From a virus, in IMG/VR virus record IMGVR_UViG_3300042294_003292, positions 8,327 to 72,326 of that record: a DNA stretch of 64,000 nt; one strand, given 5' to 3'. Positions within the stretch are counted from its first letter, which is position 1. Each line of letters starts with the position of its first letter. Shown piece by piece: positions 63,501-64,000 of the stretch. Under the pieces are notes generated by a model. The model had not been told where the DNA came from. It made no database searches and saw only the letters and a program-made list of their open reading frames with translations. The translations under genes were made by a program, and so were the position numbers.

Positions 63501-63812
63501 TTCTAATCCAATCTGGTTCTTGGCAAGAATGATTATGTGATTATAGACTAGGTCAAGCGGTCCAGACCTGGAATCATTATCCCTAGTGTCAAATCGATTT
63601 TCTGTTATGTAGCCTTCTATGCCCAATATTGGCTTAATGTTCTTTTCTTTTGCTGCACGATACATCTCTCTGTGGCCAGATAGCGAACCGTGATCGGTAA
63701 TCGCTATTGCTGGCATCCCGAGGTCGTGCGCACGATCTACATACTCTTGTGGAGTTGCAATTCCATCAAAGAGGCTGTAGTGAGTATGAACATGTAGTCC
63801 AATATAAGACAT
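60531..63812 (-). CDS. dnaE: DNA polymerase III alpha subunit
   Basis: LHVHTHYS PHP domain, GRGSSAGS, PDIDTD, HAAG, YSFNKSH. Confidence 0.97.
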   Translation of the reverse strand: MSYIGLHVHTHYSLFDGIATPQEYVDRAHDLGMPAIAITDHGSLSGHREMYRAAKEKNIKPILGIEGYITENRFDTRDNDSRSGPLDLVYNHIIILAKNQIGLENLNKLNEIAWTEGFFKKPRIDYKVLEKYSEGLIVLSGCLSGALAKAVESDEYAEAKRLVEWHQEVFGDDFYIEVMPHNPPKINQELLNFADKYAIKAVVTPDCHHSHTGQKEIQELKLILNTYSNKVQKEATYDKSKKLDNLMDRLDYLYGADRQMSFNKFDIHLLSDEEIRSAMAKQGIDREDIYLNTIEIANKIEDYGIKDGLDLLPVQYQNPDEELRKIALEGLEYRGTTSEKYLERLEEELSVIKQKKFAPYFLVVRNMISWAKKEGILVGPGRGSSAGSLLCYALQITDIDPIKHGLLFFRFINPERNDFPDIDTDIQDTRREEVKEYLVKQYRHVASIATFLQFKDKGVVRDIARVLHIPLPDVNKVLKVVDTWDDYCTSRQAAWFREKYPEIEKYGEKLRGRIRGTGIHAAGVVTSKTPIFRHAPMETRTSPGSKERIPVVAVDMEEAERIGLIKIDALGLKTLSVLNDILNTIKERHSKDIDLLSINMEDPKVYEMLSSGYTRGVFQCEATPYTNLLVKMGVRNFSELAASNALVRPGAMNTIGKDYILRKHGKQNIDYKHTKMKEFTLDTYGCILYQEQVMQACVELGGMSMAEADKVRKIIGKKKDAKEFDVFKDKFVEGASRYLSPNIALDLWHDFEAHAGYSFNKSHAVAYSTLSYWTAWLKYYYPLEFMFALLKNEKDKDARTDYLIEAKRMGIPIRLPHVNDSDADFKIEGKGIRFGLTSIKFISDNAAKVILESRPFSSYDHLKQVFSQKGNGVTSRQLESLRLIGAATFLDNPRNDEEIRENLYDYLNLPEFNITVPAHYYAFISEAEDYEEKGSFILMGMVKNIKRGKGWSRVEILDKTGLVGIFDVEQTSIEAGKTYIILASDNRVMSAIPIENAKDTENALVRFLNYKNLPYSDSEMYVVAFRPRETKTGKKMAYLTLADTTRALHSVVVFPTAFPKAYMKIKEGNYYKFSLEKTKDGTLMMEDVLDNNR

Positions 63813-63820
63813 GCTACTTC

Positions 63821-64000
63821 TTACCAGTCGATGTTGGTTGAAGAAGTAACAGACGGGCTATCGAAGCCCAGGTAGAACGCTTCTTGTTCTGCGTATGGAA
63901 TCTTGTTAAGAGCTGACTCAAGTGGGAATGGCTTTGCGCTACTCCAGTTGAATGGCTCCTTATCTGGAACAGATGGGATTAGAGTATAGCTTGTCTCAGT
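63821..64000 (-). CDS. C-terminus of probable ssDNA-binding protein (partial)
   Basis: TETSYTLIP...SSTNIDW* tail upstream of dnaE. Confidence 0.55.
   Translation of the reverse strand, partial: TETSYTLIPSVPDKEPFNWSSAKPFPLESALNKIPYAEQEAFYLGFDSPSVTSSTNIDW

Overview
This 64-kb window is part of a large lytic dsDNA tailed-phage genome, most likely infecting Actinobacteria (WhiB, class Ib nrdIEF/nrdH, DnaE, RecA, leaderless genes, AGAAAGGA-type RBS). 1-11 kb: minus-strand tail/baseplate genes, with an inserted plus-strand NlpC/P60 + transglycosylase pair. 13.1-24.7 kb: a plus-strand island of small early/host-takeover-type genes with very dense repeated regulatory DNA. 25-53 kb: accessory genes (2OG-Fe(II) oxygenases, katG, Hsp20, speD, M23 lysins, holin, RNR) and 5 tRNAs. 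53-64 kb: terminase and replication/recombination genes. The best candidate new system is RNA-based. Several hairpins have loops exactly antisense to two distinct classes of ribosome-binding site used by successive blocks of early genes, suggesting a staged translational shut-off. The window also has an 18-copy ATGTC-N12-TAnnnT promoter class and a covarying 3'-UTR pseudoknot (5 copies plus 1 variant). Product calls come from motif recognition by eye; no database searches were run.
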